Shown here: one piece after another, positions 1 to 11,420 of the stretch
Layout: the number at the start of each line of letters is the position of its first letter
How positions within the stretch are numbered: position 1 is the stretch's first letter
NCBI GenBank assembly: GCA_965113315.1
Contig: OZ220363.1
Direction: 5' to 3' (one strand)
Length of the DNA: 64,000 nt
Source of the DNA: Podarcis vaucheri
Lineage: Eukaryota
Translations under genes and position numbers: made by a program
The notes under the pieces: model-generated
Database searches by the model: none
Told to the model about the DNA's origin: nothing
What the model saw: only the letters and a program-made list of their open reading frames with translations

Positions 1-720
1 GAAGTCCCAGTGCAGAAGGAAGGAAGGAACTGAGAGAGAGAGAGCAGGTTGAGGAGAGAAGCAGCAGCAGCAACGACAGTGGTGGTGTAGGTGGCAAGAG
101 TGCATGGCAGCAGCAGAGATTGTCCTCCAACAGGTGGATTCTTGTCCCTCCTCCTCGCTGCCGGAAGCTGCGTTCCCCCCTAAGTTTCAGTGTTCTTATT
201 TGATTTGACTTCCGTCTTGTAGTTTTTCCCTAAGTTTGTGTTCTGCCCCTCCAGCAGGCTGGGAGGGGGGAAAATTTGGAGATTATAAAAACAAAAACAC
301 AATTGGAGGGGGCGGGTTGAGGGAGTTGGGTGGTATGGGAAAAGGATCTGGGGTGGTGAAATTTGAGGACAACTTTCCTGTGGTAAAGCTCCTTAACAAA
401 ACATCGCCTGAATATGTCGTAATACCGCCCTCCCGCAGTCTGGATTTGCCAATGGGGAAGTGTGCTGTCAAGGGCAACGACGTCACTCCAGTGACTCCGA
501 CTGTGCAATTTTTATAACTGAGCAGTTCTCCAGCGCAGAGCACCGAAAAGAAAAAGTGTGTGTGGTAGGGTGAGGGAAAAGGAGGAGACCCATTTCCTGC
601 AGTGGGAGAGGGGAGGCTGGGAGTCCCCAAACAGAACCAGTCCGTGGACAGTCTTACATCAGTGGCCTTCCGTGAACAAGTGTTCGCAGAGCACAGAAGG
701 TGAAGCTGTTGGCTGACATG
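1..720 (-). other. BRSK2: BRSK2 3' UTR (continues beyond left edge of window)
   Basis: Directly downstream of the GIIPKS stop codon (721-723) on the minus strand. The transcript end is not visible in the window. Confidence 0.75.
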
Positions 721-740
721 TTAACTTTTCGGGATAATTC
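721..740 (-). CDS. BRSK2: BRSK2 alternative terminal coding segment, (G)IIPKS-stop
   Basis: Minus strand reads ctgctaccag|GAATTATCCCGAAAAGTTAA. The phase-1 junction gives GIIPKS*, matching the recalled C-terminus of a short mammalian BRSK2 isoform. Confidence 0.9.
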
Positions 741-1263
741 CTGGTAGCAGAGTGGAAACAAGCGGTGGTGTCAGAAACACAGAGAAAACAGAACAAGGAC
801 AAAACAGGGCAGGGCAGGGCAGCAAATCAGAAGGTGACTGGGGTGGGGGGTAGGAAGTAAAAGAAAAGAGTTTGGAGAAGATAAAGAAACCAAAAAACAA
901 CAACCCAAGATTTGCCAAACTGGGTTTGTCATCTGTGCTACCTTTTCATTCTTTTCTCATTGCTTTTGTGTTTTGTTTCAGAGAGATATATTATATCATA
1001 TAAATATATATATGTGTGTGTTTGTGTTTTATATATATAATATATATATATATGTACACAGTCATTCCTTCATACAAAAGTTGTCTATAGACAGTTTTGT
1101 ACTGTTGTAGCAATATATATACACATCCATCTGTTTTAGAGGCTAGCTTGCTAAAGAATACTCAGTCATTTTCGTTTGCGTATCTCCGTGTGTGTGTGTG
1201 TTTAGTTATTTAAACTGTTTCTTTTTCCTTTTCCTCTTTTTTTTATTTAAAAATTGCATTTAT

Positions 1264-1487
1264 TTAAGGTTGGTCTTGTAGGCCGAGTGACGAGGCCATC
1301 TTTGCCTTCTCTTTGCCAGCGGGGTACTTAGTGTCTCCTCTAGACCCATAGTCATTAGCATCGGAATCGCTCCGCTTGCTGTTTGCGCTATGCTTGGTTG
1401 GCGTGCCGGGGGGATGGCTCACCTGCCCGTTCTTCTCGTCTGAAAAAAGTTGTTTAATTACGTCAAAGAAGTTACTCAATGGGCTGC
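1264..1487 (-). CDS. BRSK2: BRSK2 long terminal coding exon GSPLSNFFDVIKQLFSDEKNGQ...QDQP-stop, with an internal alternative acceptor at 1439 (DEKNGQ...)
   Basis: A long polypyrimidine tract (1490-1600 on the minus strand) ends in cag|GCAGCCCA. The translation matches the human BRSK2 long C-terminus (GSPLSNFFDVIKQLFSDEKNGQ identical). A second in-phase acceptor ttttttcag|ACGAGAAG lies at 1439. Confidence 0.95.
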
Positions 1488-3265
1488 CTGGGTATACAAA
1501 ACAGAGGAGACAAAAAGAAAACAAAGAAAGCAAGAGAAAGAGAAAAGAGAGAGAAAAAAGAGAGAGAAAAAAGAGAACAAACAAACAAATGAACAATGGG
1601 GTTTTAAACGAGAAGAACGTGATGAGCGGTCCAGAGCCACGTGCATGGGTGTATGTGGAGGATGAAGACAATGAGCAGAAGAGGAAGAGCATCAGGATGG
1701 GAGCACTGAACTGCCTACGCATATGGAAAGCCTGGGGTCAAGAATGCCACACCTGGTGGTTGGAATCTTGCACTGTATAGCAAAAAGCAGAACTTTTGCC
1801 TAGAAGGGCAACTGGCATGCCTAGAGAATGCCATGATGCTGGATAATACTGGGCCTACGTGAAACTCCTCTGAAAAAAATGTCCTGAGTGAAGGAATTCA
1901 AGAGTAATGCAAAACCACCAAAACTCTGATCCTAAGCATGCTCACTGGGAAGTCAGTTCTATTGCTTCCAATGGCGTTTTCTTCTAAGCACCTGTGATCA
2001 AGTATGTAATCTAAATTATGCCTCGAAGCTTCAGTGATATCTCATTTGCCTGATCCGTAGCCACACATGTACTCTTATGATCACACACAGAGCTTCTGTA
2101 TGCACAAGCTGCTCCCTTAATTTAAAGGAGAAGAGAAGATTTGCTTGCACAAAGGAATTAATCTGCAAATCTACTTTCTCTATTGAACTGAATGGGGGAA
2201 CCTTTGTGGGCAGTAGAACTGTGTGTGAGCACAGGAGTTCAAGCACTTGCAAAAATACAGCTCAGGATCTGTATCTATGATTCCACTCTTCTCCATCATT
2301 CCGTTTCTGTGTGATTTGTTCCAAACTTTAGGAATGCTCACTAAACTTTTTATGTCTATTTCTATCATCCGTTGCACACCGATTATGCTATTTACATTAA
2401 GTACTTTAGCTTGTACGAATTTTAGCAGCAAATGAGCATCCCCACCCCCCAAAAGCATGTGAACACTGCCATCAACCTGTGTCAAATGTGCACAGGTAGC
2501 ATCCCAATCTACAAAGTGCTCATATACCCCTGAACTACGTCTGCTGCTGTTTCCCTAAGGCAGGATTCCATACTCTAGCAGTAATGCCTAAATCCAGTAA
2601 TCATATGCAACAGACAATTCATGTTTAACATTTCCACAGCAGCTCCATATGCCCCTGTGAGTCAAGGGCCCTGGGTTGTCAATCCCCTCCCTGTGCACTC
2701 TTCCACATTATCACTGAATTTAGGGACCAATCCAAACTTTGGAAGCCAACTGCTGGGCTTTGTCGAGTGGTGGGGCCACTGGCACTTCTGCAGCCCTGCC
2801 ACACATGGCAGCCAGGGTAGAAGGTGAGAGTGAGGACCAGCACAATTGTGGTGCCAGCCTGGAGCTTATGCCTTGATCAGGACTGGATTGAGCCCAATGC
2901 CACTGTGCAACAGCAGTGGGACTGATTCGGCAGGCAGTGAACCATGGGTCAACTCAGCCTCTCCCTGCTTCTCAAATGCTTGATTTGGGTGCATTTCTTT
3001 CTGGTTGCTGCCAGGGGGAATTCTGCTTGCAACATTCCCGCACATTTGGATGGTAGAAATGGAAGATACACAGCAGAGCTGTAATGCTTCAGTCACCCTA
3101 GTGGTGGCAGCAGACCTCAGTGGAGGGACAATCCAACACACTGCCCAGGCAACAGGGGTCTGCATTGTTCTGCCTGATGTTGCTTATTGTGGTGTGAGAT
3201 CTGGCCCTAGGAGCCTATGAAACTTATTTAAAATAATAACTAAGATGCATCTTAACCACCATATA

Positions 3266-3812
3266 CAGTGGTGCCTCGCAAGACGAAATTAATTCGTTCC
3301 GCAAGTTCTTTTTTCTTGCGAGTTTTTCGTCTTGCGAAGCACGGTTTCCCATAGGAATGCATTGAAAATCAATCAACGCGTTCCTATGGAGACCGTCTGG
3401 GGACAGAGGGGAAGCGCCGCGCGCCTCCCCCTCTGTCCCCAGACCTGTTTTAAAGCAAGGGAAGGGGCAGCGGGGAGAATCGCTTCTCCCCGTTGCCACC
3501 CCTTGGTTCAAAAGGGGTCCGGGGAGAGAGGGGAAGGCGTGCGCGCCTTCCCCTCTGTCCCCAGAGATTGCGGGGCTGGCAACGGGGAGAAGCGATCTTC
3601 TCCCCGCCGCCCCTTGCTTCAAAAGAGGTCCGGGGACAGCGGGGAAGACGCGCTGCGCTTCCCCGCTATCCCCGGAGCTTGAGGGGCAAGCTTCGTTTTG
3701 CAAAGCAAGCCCATAGGGAAATGCGTCTTGCGAAGCGGCTAAGAAAACGAAAAACTCCTTCGTCTAGCGAGTTTTTCGTCTTCCGAGGCGTTCGTCTTGC
3801 GGGGTACCACTG
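3266..3812. mobile_element. Tc1/mariner superfamily (Tigger/pogo-like) MITE with GC-rich internal hairpin repeats
   Basis: TA on both sides (3264-65, 3813-14). TIRs cagtggtgcctcgcaagacgaa / ttcgtcttgcggggtaccactg. Repeated subterminal ttcgtcttgcga motifs. No transposase ORF. Confidence 0.9.
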
Positions 3813-4617
3813 TATCTCATGTGGCATCCAAAAGAGAGTTACTGCCTCTCTTGAAAATAAGATGAATTCTAGGAAACTACCTAAGATGCATAAGGCTAAC
3901 TCCGACACAGTGTTGAGTGCATTTAAGCCCACTGATTCCAATGGGTTTATGGGTGCTTAACTCTGTGCTGAATTGTGACAAGAGCGTATAACAACAGTTG
4001 CTAGTTACTAGAAACCACTGATGAGTCCATGGGGAATGTAGATGCTGGAAGACTGACAAATCAGGAAACTACTTCTATTTTGTTTTAGTGAACAAAACGA
4101 AGAACTAGATATTGCCTAAGAGAACACTGGATGCAATTGGACAAGTTTTCTGGGACTGATAATTTAAATAAATAAGTATGTCAGTACCCTGCAGAAAACA
4201 GAGAAACGAAAATGTTTTACCAAGGCTTGGGATTAATCTGAACAAGGGACCATTTCAACTCAGTCCAATTTTTCTTCCAGGGTACGTCCTGGAAAAGCTA
4301 ACACCATTTACACCACATCCTGGTGAAGTATCTTGGTGGGTTTGGTTACAATTAATCCACAGTGAAATCCTTGTTAAAATCTTGCTTCTAGCAATCTTCG
4401 TGTGATGTGTGAACAGACATACCAAGGATCACTGTATGTGTTAGTCATGCATAACAGCACAATCCGATACATGTCTACTCATGAGTAAACCCCACTGAGT
4501 TCAATGGTGCTCATTCCTAAGAAAGTGGTTGTAGGATTGCAGCTTAAGCAACCCAAACTGTTCTGTGAAGTGGCAGCCATGGCACTTAAGATCAAGTTCA
4601 TTCTGGCTCAAATAGAG

Positions 4618-4624
<7 letters not shown>

Positions 4625-4656
<32 letters not shown>
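4625..4656. repeat. (GT)n microsatellite
   Basis: Seen directly. Similar tracts near 7752-7783 and 42097-42123. Confidence 0.95.
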
Positions 4657-4661
<5 letters not shown>

Positions 4662-6254
4662 TAACCATTGTTTATTTGCAAATATTGATTATTTTAAATA
4701 TCAGTAGATACAAAAACGGCCACCAACTGCACAATGGTAAGAACTGAAGTGACCAAACTAGAAGGCAATTCTCTCTCCACTTGCCCTATCCAGCTGGCAA
4801 CTTGAGCAGAACAACACCAGCCGCACTACCAGAAGGACCAAGTTGCAAGGAAAGTGTAACTTGGATACTCTTTACCTCTCATAAGACAGCCTTTCACACT
4901 TTTCACTTTCACAGAAAACAGTCCCTTTCCTTAGGGCCAGTTGCCAGCAAACCATCAATATTAGTTTTCAATAGCAAAGACTTAGAAATCTCTGTTTTTA
5001 GCAGGCATTTATGTGCAGATCTTCCCCTGGTTTGTGAAAAAGCCACACATCCATTCGCTCTCCTGCATTCCATCAACAACAATAAGGCTTACACTGGCCA
5101 TAATCCTTCACAAACCTAGTTAAGCACACACAAGACCATTGATTTCAGTGGTCCTCCGTTCACTTAACTCGGTGTTGCAGTCACAGAAATTAAGACATGG
5201 TTTGTGACTATATAGGCTATATAGGACTGATATAAAAAAGTACAGGGAAATAGTAGAAAGCAGAGCATCCTCTAGAGGTGCCATGATTAAGAACAACTGA
5301 GACACAACTGCCCCACTGTTTCTCGCATGATGCTGGAGCAAAAGGAATAATGGAGAGATAAGATTTCCAGAATTTTGAAGGGAATCAAAAGTTTTATCTC
5401 CCTCAGATTTAAAGACATAACGAACCAAACCCTGAAATCTTGCACACACGCAAAATGATATGTATACGACACTTTGTTATATGCTCTGGTCCTCATGCTC
5501 ACATGTAAACAGGCTTCTGTGTGTGATTGTGTTGTTATTTTGTAAATTCCGCCTCCTCTAAATTTTTAAAAATAGCAAATTTAGTCTTGCATATTATGCA
5601 ACAGCTTCTTGTGTACACTTTGTCAAAATTTCCAGCTAGAATTACACACACACACACAATAGATGTGTGTGTTAATTACTAATTTATAGCAGAAACAAGT
5701 TTAAAGACACACATCCCTCTGCACTGATTCTCTGCAAAGTGTTTGTAAGGAATGACTATGGCAGAGTCTTGCTCCATAACAGCAAAAGAAGGCAGACAGA
5801 GGTTGTTGTATGCTTAAAAAACAAGCAAACAAAAAAAAAAACCCCTCACTACTTTCTGGAGGTAACTGAATATGTACTACTCAGCCTAACTTTGCATTTT
5901 TCTGAAAAGGTCCTGTTCCATGCAGCTGCTAGAGACAGCCACTGGAAGAATGGCGTAACTTCAGAAATAAATATGAAAACGGTAACAACAATGGTAAAGT
6001 TGTGGTTGTACTTCTGCTATGCATGAAATGGTCGTGCTGGAGTAGTTTGTGAGATAAAATGACATTTCCTTTATCTGACATACTGCACTGTACAACATCT
6101 GACATACTGAACTGGATGGACTTAATATTAAATATTTTAGCAGGAATATTTACTATTCAAATTATTCCAGAGGTTTTTTTTGGGGGGGATATTGCTTTTA
6201 CAGTTGCCTTACATACATCTCCTGCATTTTCCTAAATTACCCTACAAATCTGTG

Positions 6255-6460
6255 ACCCTCCAGATGATGTTGGGACTACAATTCCCATGACCCATGACCA
6301 TTTGTTTTTATTTTGCAAACTGCCTGGAGAATTGAACTGATGAGTGGCCATATTCATGAATACATGATAGTAATAACGAGGAGCCATGCTGCCTGGGGAT
6401 GATGGGAGCTGGGAACTCAACAATAACAATAACTAGAGAGAGAAAGGTCCCCAAGCCCTC
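6255..6460. mobile_element. Degenerate palindromic MITE-like repeat (ctccagatg...ggactacaa.tcccat / gatgggag.tg family)
   Basis: Inverted arms are visible. Related degenerate copies near 30945-31040, 49190-49230 and 57845-57950. Confidence 0.6.
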
Positions 6461-7750
6461 ATCTACAGACGTCACTAATCTCTGCTCAGCCTACATTACC
6501 AAGGTAGCAGTTTACATCACTTGTCAACACGCTAACCTAGCTGCCTGACAGAAGCCCATTTCCTGCTAGCAATTCCCCTAGCTCCTGTACATGTCTAAGG
6601 AGAAGACCATGCTGCTAGAGTCTTCATAATTTCTCTCTCTCCCAAACAGGTGAAGAGGTATTGATTATGCTTGGCTACATTTTTGTGACATCAGTGCCAT
6701 CTCCAAATAAATTTCAGCTTCTAGAATTACAATCTAATCTGTAAAGTTATACTCAAAGGAAATTATCTAGGTTTCTGAACTCTCAGAACGCAGTTGTATT
6801 ATAAATCATCATCATCTCCACCCCCCATCATATCTTTATGGTGGTGATACACATCTATACAGAAACTTTAGGTCGCAAGGTAGAAAATAGACCTACATTG
6901 GCCACAATACTAATTCCCATTACAAATGCCTCTCTTCTTCCATAGTCTTCTGCCTTACCAGTAATCAGACATTAGCACAAGAAGCTCAAGAGTCTTGTGA
7001 AATAGCATGAGAGAGATTTAAAGCTCATGTACGAACATGATCCTAGAAGAGAAAGAAGAAGAATGCAAGTTTCACCCTTAGACGCCCCTCTGTGGTTAAG
7101 TTGGATTCTCACGTGGCTTTGGACCCCATGCCTTCACACGCTAAATGGAACCAGTAAACAAAAAGTGTGAAATAAAGCGCAAAAAAAGAGCTACAAGTGC
7201 TGCCGAGAAGGGTAAAAGAACGTGCATATGTTTTTGAACTATGAGCTGATCAATTTATTCAGGAAGATCAGAGGCAAAAGGAAGTGCAGAAAAAGCAGGC
7301 AGAAGAAAGGCAGAAGCAGAATTGATACTGAGCTGTTTTCACAGAGGAATATAGAAGACAACCAGGAACCAAGAACATCAGTACTATTTATGTAAAAATG
7401 CAAAGCACTTGGCAAAATTCTTAAAGGAGATTTATAATTTTAATATTATGTATATTAATCTTAATACAGGATCTATACTTGCCTAATTCCCCTTTGCATT
7501 TTCAAACACTCTCAATCATCTGGGTTGCCCTTCTTTAAAATACAAAGAAGGCTGACCTTTGTCGCTACTATATTAATCAGAATTTTTAGATGGAATATCA
7601 ATGGGGTCTACGAGAAATATTTGTGAAAGTATTCCCGGGAGCTGAAAGTAGGAGAACCTGGGATTGATGTATTCAGCACTTTCATTTGTTTTTACCATGC
7701 CACCCATGTTGGGAATGAAATAAATGTCCTGTTAGTGGCAGGGCAGGGGC

Positions 7751-7785
<35 letters not shown>

Positions 7786-9216
7786 AGAGGGAATCAAACT
7801 GCTGGCCCTTGGACAATTTTGTCTGCTGATTTGCAAACAACCAGGGGCCTGGTAATCACAAAATTGAAGGTTCCCATTCATTCTTTCCTTTAATGCATCA
7901 GTAGATGGGCTTTAATGAATAGCAAATTGTGTAAAAAAAAGGGGGGTTATTGCATGTATCCTTGAAGTTCTGTGGCAAAAGATAACTCATGTTAAGTGTC
8001 AACAGTGCTTTTTTTCTGGGGGGACACAGGGATACACATACCCTTAAACATTTTGTGAATCTAAGTTTGGCCGCATTAAGGGGGCAGTATTTCAATATGA
8101 GTAGGAAAACAAGAGTACCCCTAAATATATTTTTTAAGAAAAAAAGCACTGAGTGTCAACCACTGTGAAACTGTCATGTTGGTCACCACAACTAGGTTTT
8201 GTAGTGCTGTTCAGTGCAGTGGAAAAACTCAGCTTATAGGTATTTAGACTCATGTGACAAATTAGTCGTGCGTCAGTAGACTATGAGTGTAAGTCAATAA
8301 AGTTTTACTCAGAGGAGACTCAATGAAACGAACATGACTAAGTTAGGTCCATTCATTTCAATGGGTCCACTCTGGGTAAAACTCAGCTGGCTAACACTCT
8401 GTGCATGTGTTTTCCTTCTTCTACATTATAAGATCTTTGAAGCAATACTTGTTTTCTGTTATGCACCCATAATCCTTGTCCGCAAGAGTACCGTATATTG
8501 TAGCTATGCTGGGGCAGGAACACATTAACAGAATGTGTTTGAATCCCCTTGCTTGAGAAGTTGTAGCCTAGAAACCCAGTTTGGATTACTGGAAAGTCAT
8601 TGAAATATCATAATATGTTCAGAGAGGAATGCACCCTCTTGAATAAGCTGGTCTGATAACACTAACCAACCTTCTGTATAGAAATGTATAAGGATAAGTA
8701 GTTCCAAAGAGCTGACAACTTAAACAGCAGAGGATAAAAAGAATCATAGCTACAAGGATCAGTTTATGAGAAAACGGAAGTGATGGCTGTTCCCTGAGTA
8801 TCAGATAAGGAGGCAAATACTTGGATACAACGGAAGTGCCAAAGTCCCAAGGAAGCAGATTAATACCAGCCAATTCATGAATGTAGCAGAGATGCTACTT
8901 AAGGCCACAAGAAAAGCACTGCAATCGAATGTAGACCAAAACAGACGTTTCAAAGTATGAAAGAAGACAGTATCCAGATGGAGAGTGCAATAGACACTAG
9001 TTCTAAATATAGTCACCATTTGTTAGGAAGCTATTGTGACACATGAAGTTCAATGTTGCAGGCAACTTTGCCAAAGAAGCCAACATATTCTCTTTTGCTT
9101 CGGTCAAGTAAGAGAAATGATGCGCTTTTGATGCCATATACATGGATATATCAAGAGAAAAGATGGTGATGTTATTCAAATTTTGTTTGGAAGTTGATGA
9201 TGTTAGAAACTTGAAT

Positions 9217-9382
9217 GGGAAGGATAATGGCTCAGTGGCAGAACAACTCCTTTGCATTCAGAAGGCCCCACATTTGATCTTCAAGGAGATTCCTGTTTGA
9301 AACCCTGGAGGCCTGCTGCCAATCAGCATAGACAATACTGAGCGGATAGACCAATGGCCTGACTTAGTATAGGGCAATTTCC
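9217..9382 (+). mobile_element. Old tRNA-derived SINE with CR1-like 3' end
   Basis: A-box-like tggctcagtggcaga head and a tail gacaatactgagc..ga..gaccaatgg.ctgact.agtata.ggca..ttcct that I recognise from squamate SINEs. Confidence 0.6.
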
Positions 9383-11245
9383 TTTCAGAGGCTCCACGTT
9401 ACCCTCAAAAATGCAAGTGGAAACCCCTCCTTAACTTTAGCTGAACCCTTAAGGTCATATCTCTCTCTAACAGACCAACACATTTTTTTAAAAAAATCAC
9501 TTGTCCTTGAGGTATTTGGACATGAATAAGATCACAGCAAGCAAATAGTCTATGCTTTTCTCATGAGAAAAGTTTTGCTCAGTCTCTGGTTTTGTTCACT
9601 GTAAATGTCTGCTCTTAGGAGACATGTCATGTTTCACTGAAAAGATGATTGGGGAGGGAGGTGTTGTCAATTTCAAAACGAAGCAACCATCACACAACAG
9701 TCCAGATTTTACTTCTGGTATTATTCCTATATCCTTAAATTTTCCAGAAACCTCAGTGTATCTCTGTAACCACTCTTTCAGCTCTTCCCTTAAGGCCCCT
9801 TATCAGCATTCATTAGTAAGGAATTATAAGCACAAAGAAATGATGCCAAAGTCTGATACATTGTTGGGAGAGCTCAACTCTGACCAGGGCCAATGGGCCT
9901 CCTTTGTGATGAGAAGTCTTGTGGTGGCCTCTGCCTCCATTTCTGGTTTCCCCACCTCACAAATGATGATACAGAGTTAGAAAAGGTATTGAAAAGGGCA
10001 CATAAAATAATGGAAAGATAGGGACATCTTCCCAAAGAAGAACGGCTAAAGCATTTTGAGTATTCAAACTTAAAATGTCTAGGGCAGGAGAGGGAACTGT
10101 TTTGACTCCATGGGCCAGTTCCTTATCAGGATCAGTCTTGTGGGTCAAATGTGACAGGCGGATGGGATCACCCACCTGTCAATTTTGTGATAATCACATG
10201 AATGACAGAGTGGGCAGCCCGCTCACCTGTTAAAATCCCTTGCTGGAGAGCTGTTAAAATGCAGGGTAGGGGAGGTGCTTTGGAAAGCAGTTTGGCAGTT
10301 TGGCCCCTGCTCAGCATGCACCTCTCGGGAAAAGGGATAAAGAAGCCCTTTTGCAAGGAGCAGCCTTCTTTAAGGGGTTCTTTCCCCCCTCCTCTTGGGA
10401 GGCATGACTTTTTGTGCGGTGATCCAGAAAAATACTGGGTCTGTGTGATTCAGCTGCAACCACCTCTTCCCAGGGGAAAGGCACACACAGCAAAAGCAAG
10501 CAGACTAGGCATTTTTCTGCTGTGTTCTTTGGCTGTGTGTGCCTGTTCTGAAGAGTGAGCAGGCGCACTTGACCAAACTAAGCATGATTTGTCCACTGCA
10601 TGTCAGCTGTTAAGTGGGGGTTAAATCCTACAGTGCAGAATTGTGCCAAATGACACTAGGCAATGGTAAATGTTATTACACCCAGTGGCTGAACTACAAA
10701 CAGAAATCTGTAAGTGAATGGCACCGTTTTCTAATTTCAGGCACCCTTTCCTCAATATGCTAAAGGCTCAACAGTACAGGAATTGAAGAAGGCCCTGTGA
10801 CATGTGTCAGGGAGCCATTACAAAGCACACCCTCTTGGGCATCTGGGAGCATCAGACCTCCGTCACATTTTGTTTCCCCACAACCAGCACACCAGCGCAC
10901 CCAGGCTGCTGTGCAAAGCGTGAAATGACTCTTAGTAAATTTGCAAGTCATTTCTGAGGGAATATATTTTAAGGAATTCTACAAAGGTTTCATTTGTGTA
11001 AGTTGGATCCAGCTGCTAAGTATCTGAAAATCTGACCCAAGGCATTCACTGTGACATTAAAACCAGTAACACTAAGGAAAATGTCAGGATTTAAAAACAA
11101 AACAGAACTCCTCATTGGTAGCCATTCTACACTGTAGTGCAATTGTAACAATTTCCCTTCATGTCCATCGTAATGAGCAGCTTAAAACATACTAAATTTA
11201 GGCCAGCACTGAATTTCCAATAGTGATCAATTCCTAATGCGCTAT

Positions 11246-11420
11246 AAAAGGTAAAGGGACGACTCTGGGGTTGCCGCGTTCATCTCGCTTTACTGGCCAA
11301 GGGAGCCGGCGTACAGCTTCTGGGTCATGTGGCCAGCAGGACTAAGCCGCTTCTGGCGAACCAGAGCAGCGCACGGAAACTCCGTTTACCTTCCTGCCAG
11401 AGCAGTACCTATTTATCTAC
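11246..11420 (-). mobile_element. Sauria SINE, 5'-truncated
   Basis: aaaggtaaagg (reverse complement of the ACCTTT tail) followed by body motifs gggtcatgtggccagc, cacggaa..ccgtttaccttcc and gtacctatttatctac, all shared with the copy at 29288. Confidence 0.85.

Noticed and set aside
1264-1722. 152-aa ORF as a standalone gene
   Set aside because: The N-terminal half is the translated polypyrimidine tract (F/L/S-rich). Only 1264-1487 is BRSK2 exon.
3395-3680. Regularly spaced palindromic units resembling a CRISPR array
   Set aside because: Vertebrate intron, degenerate units without unique spacers, no cas genes, and the array is enclosed by MITE TIRs.
3224-3960. Several overlapping 90-160 aa ORFs
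   Set aside because: They arise from the stop-poor GC-rich MITE interior and have no transposase motifs.
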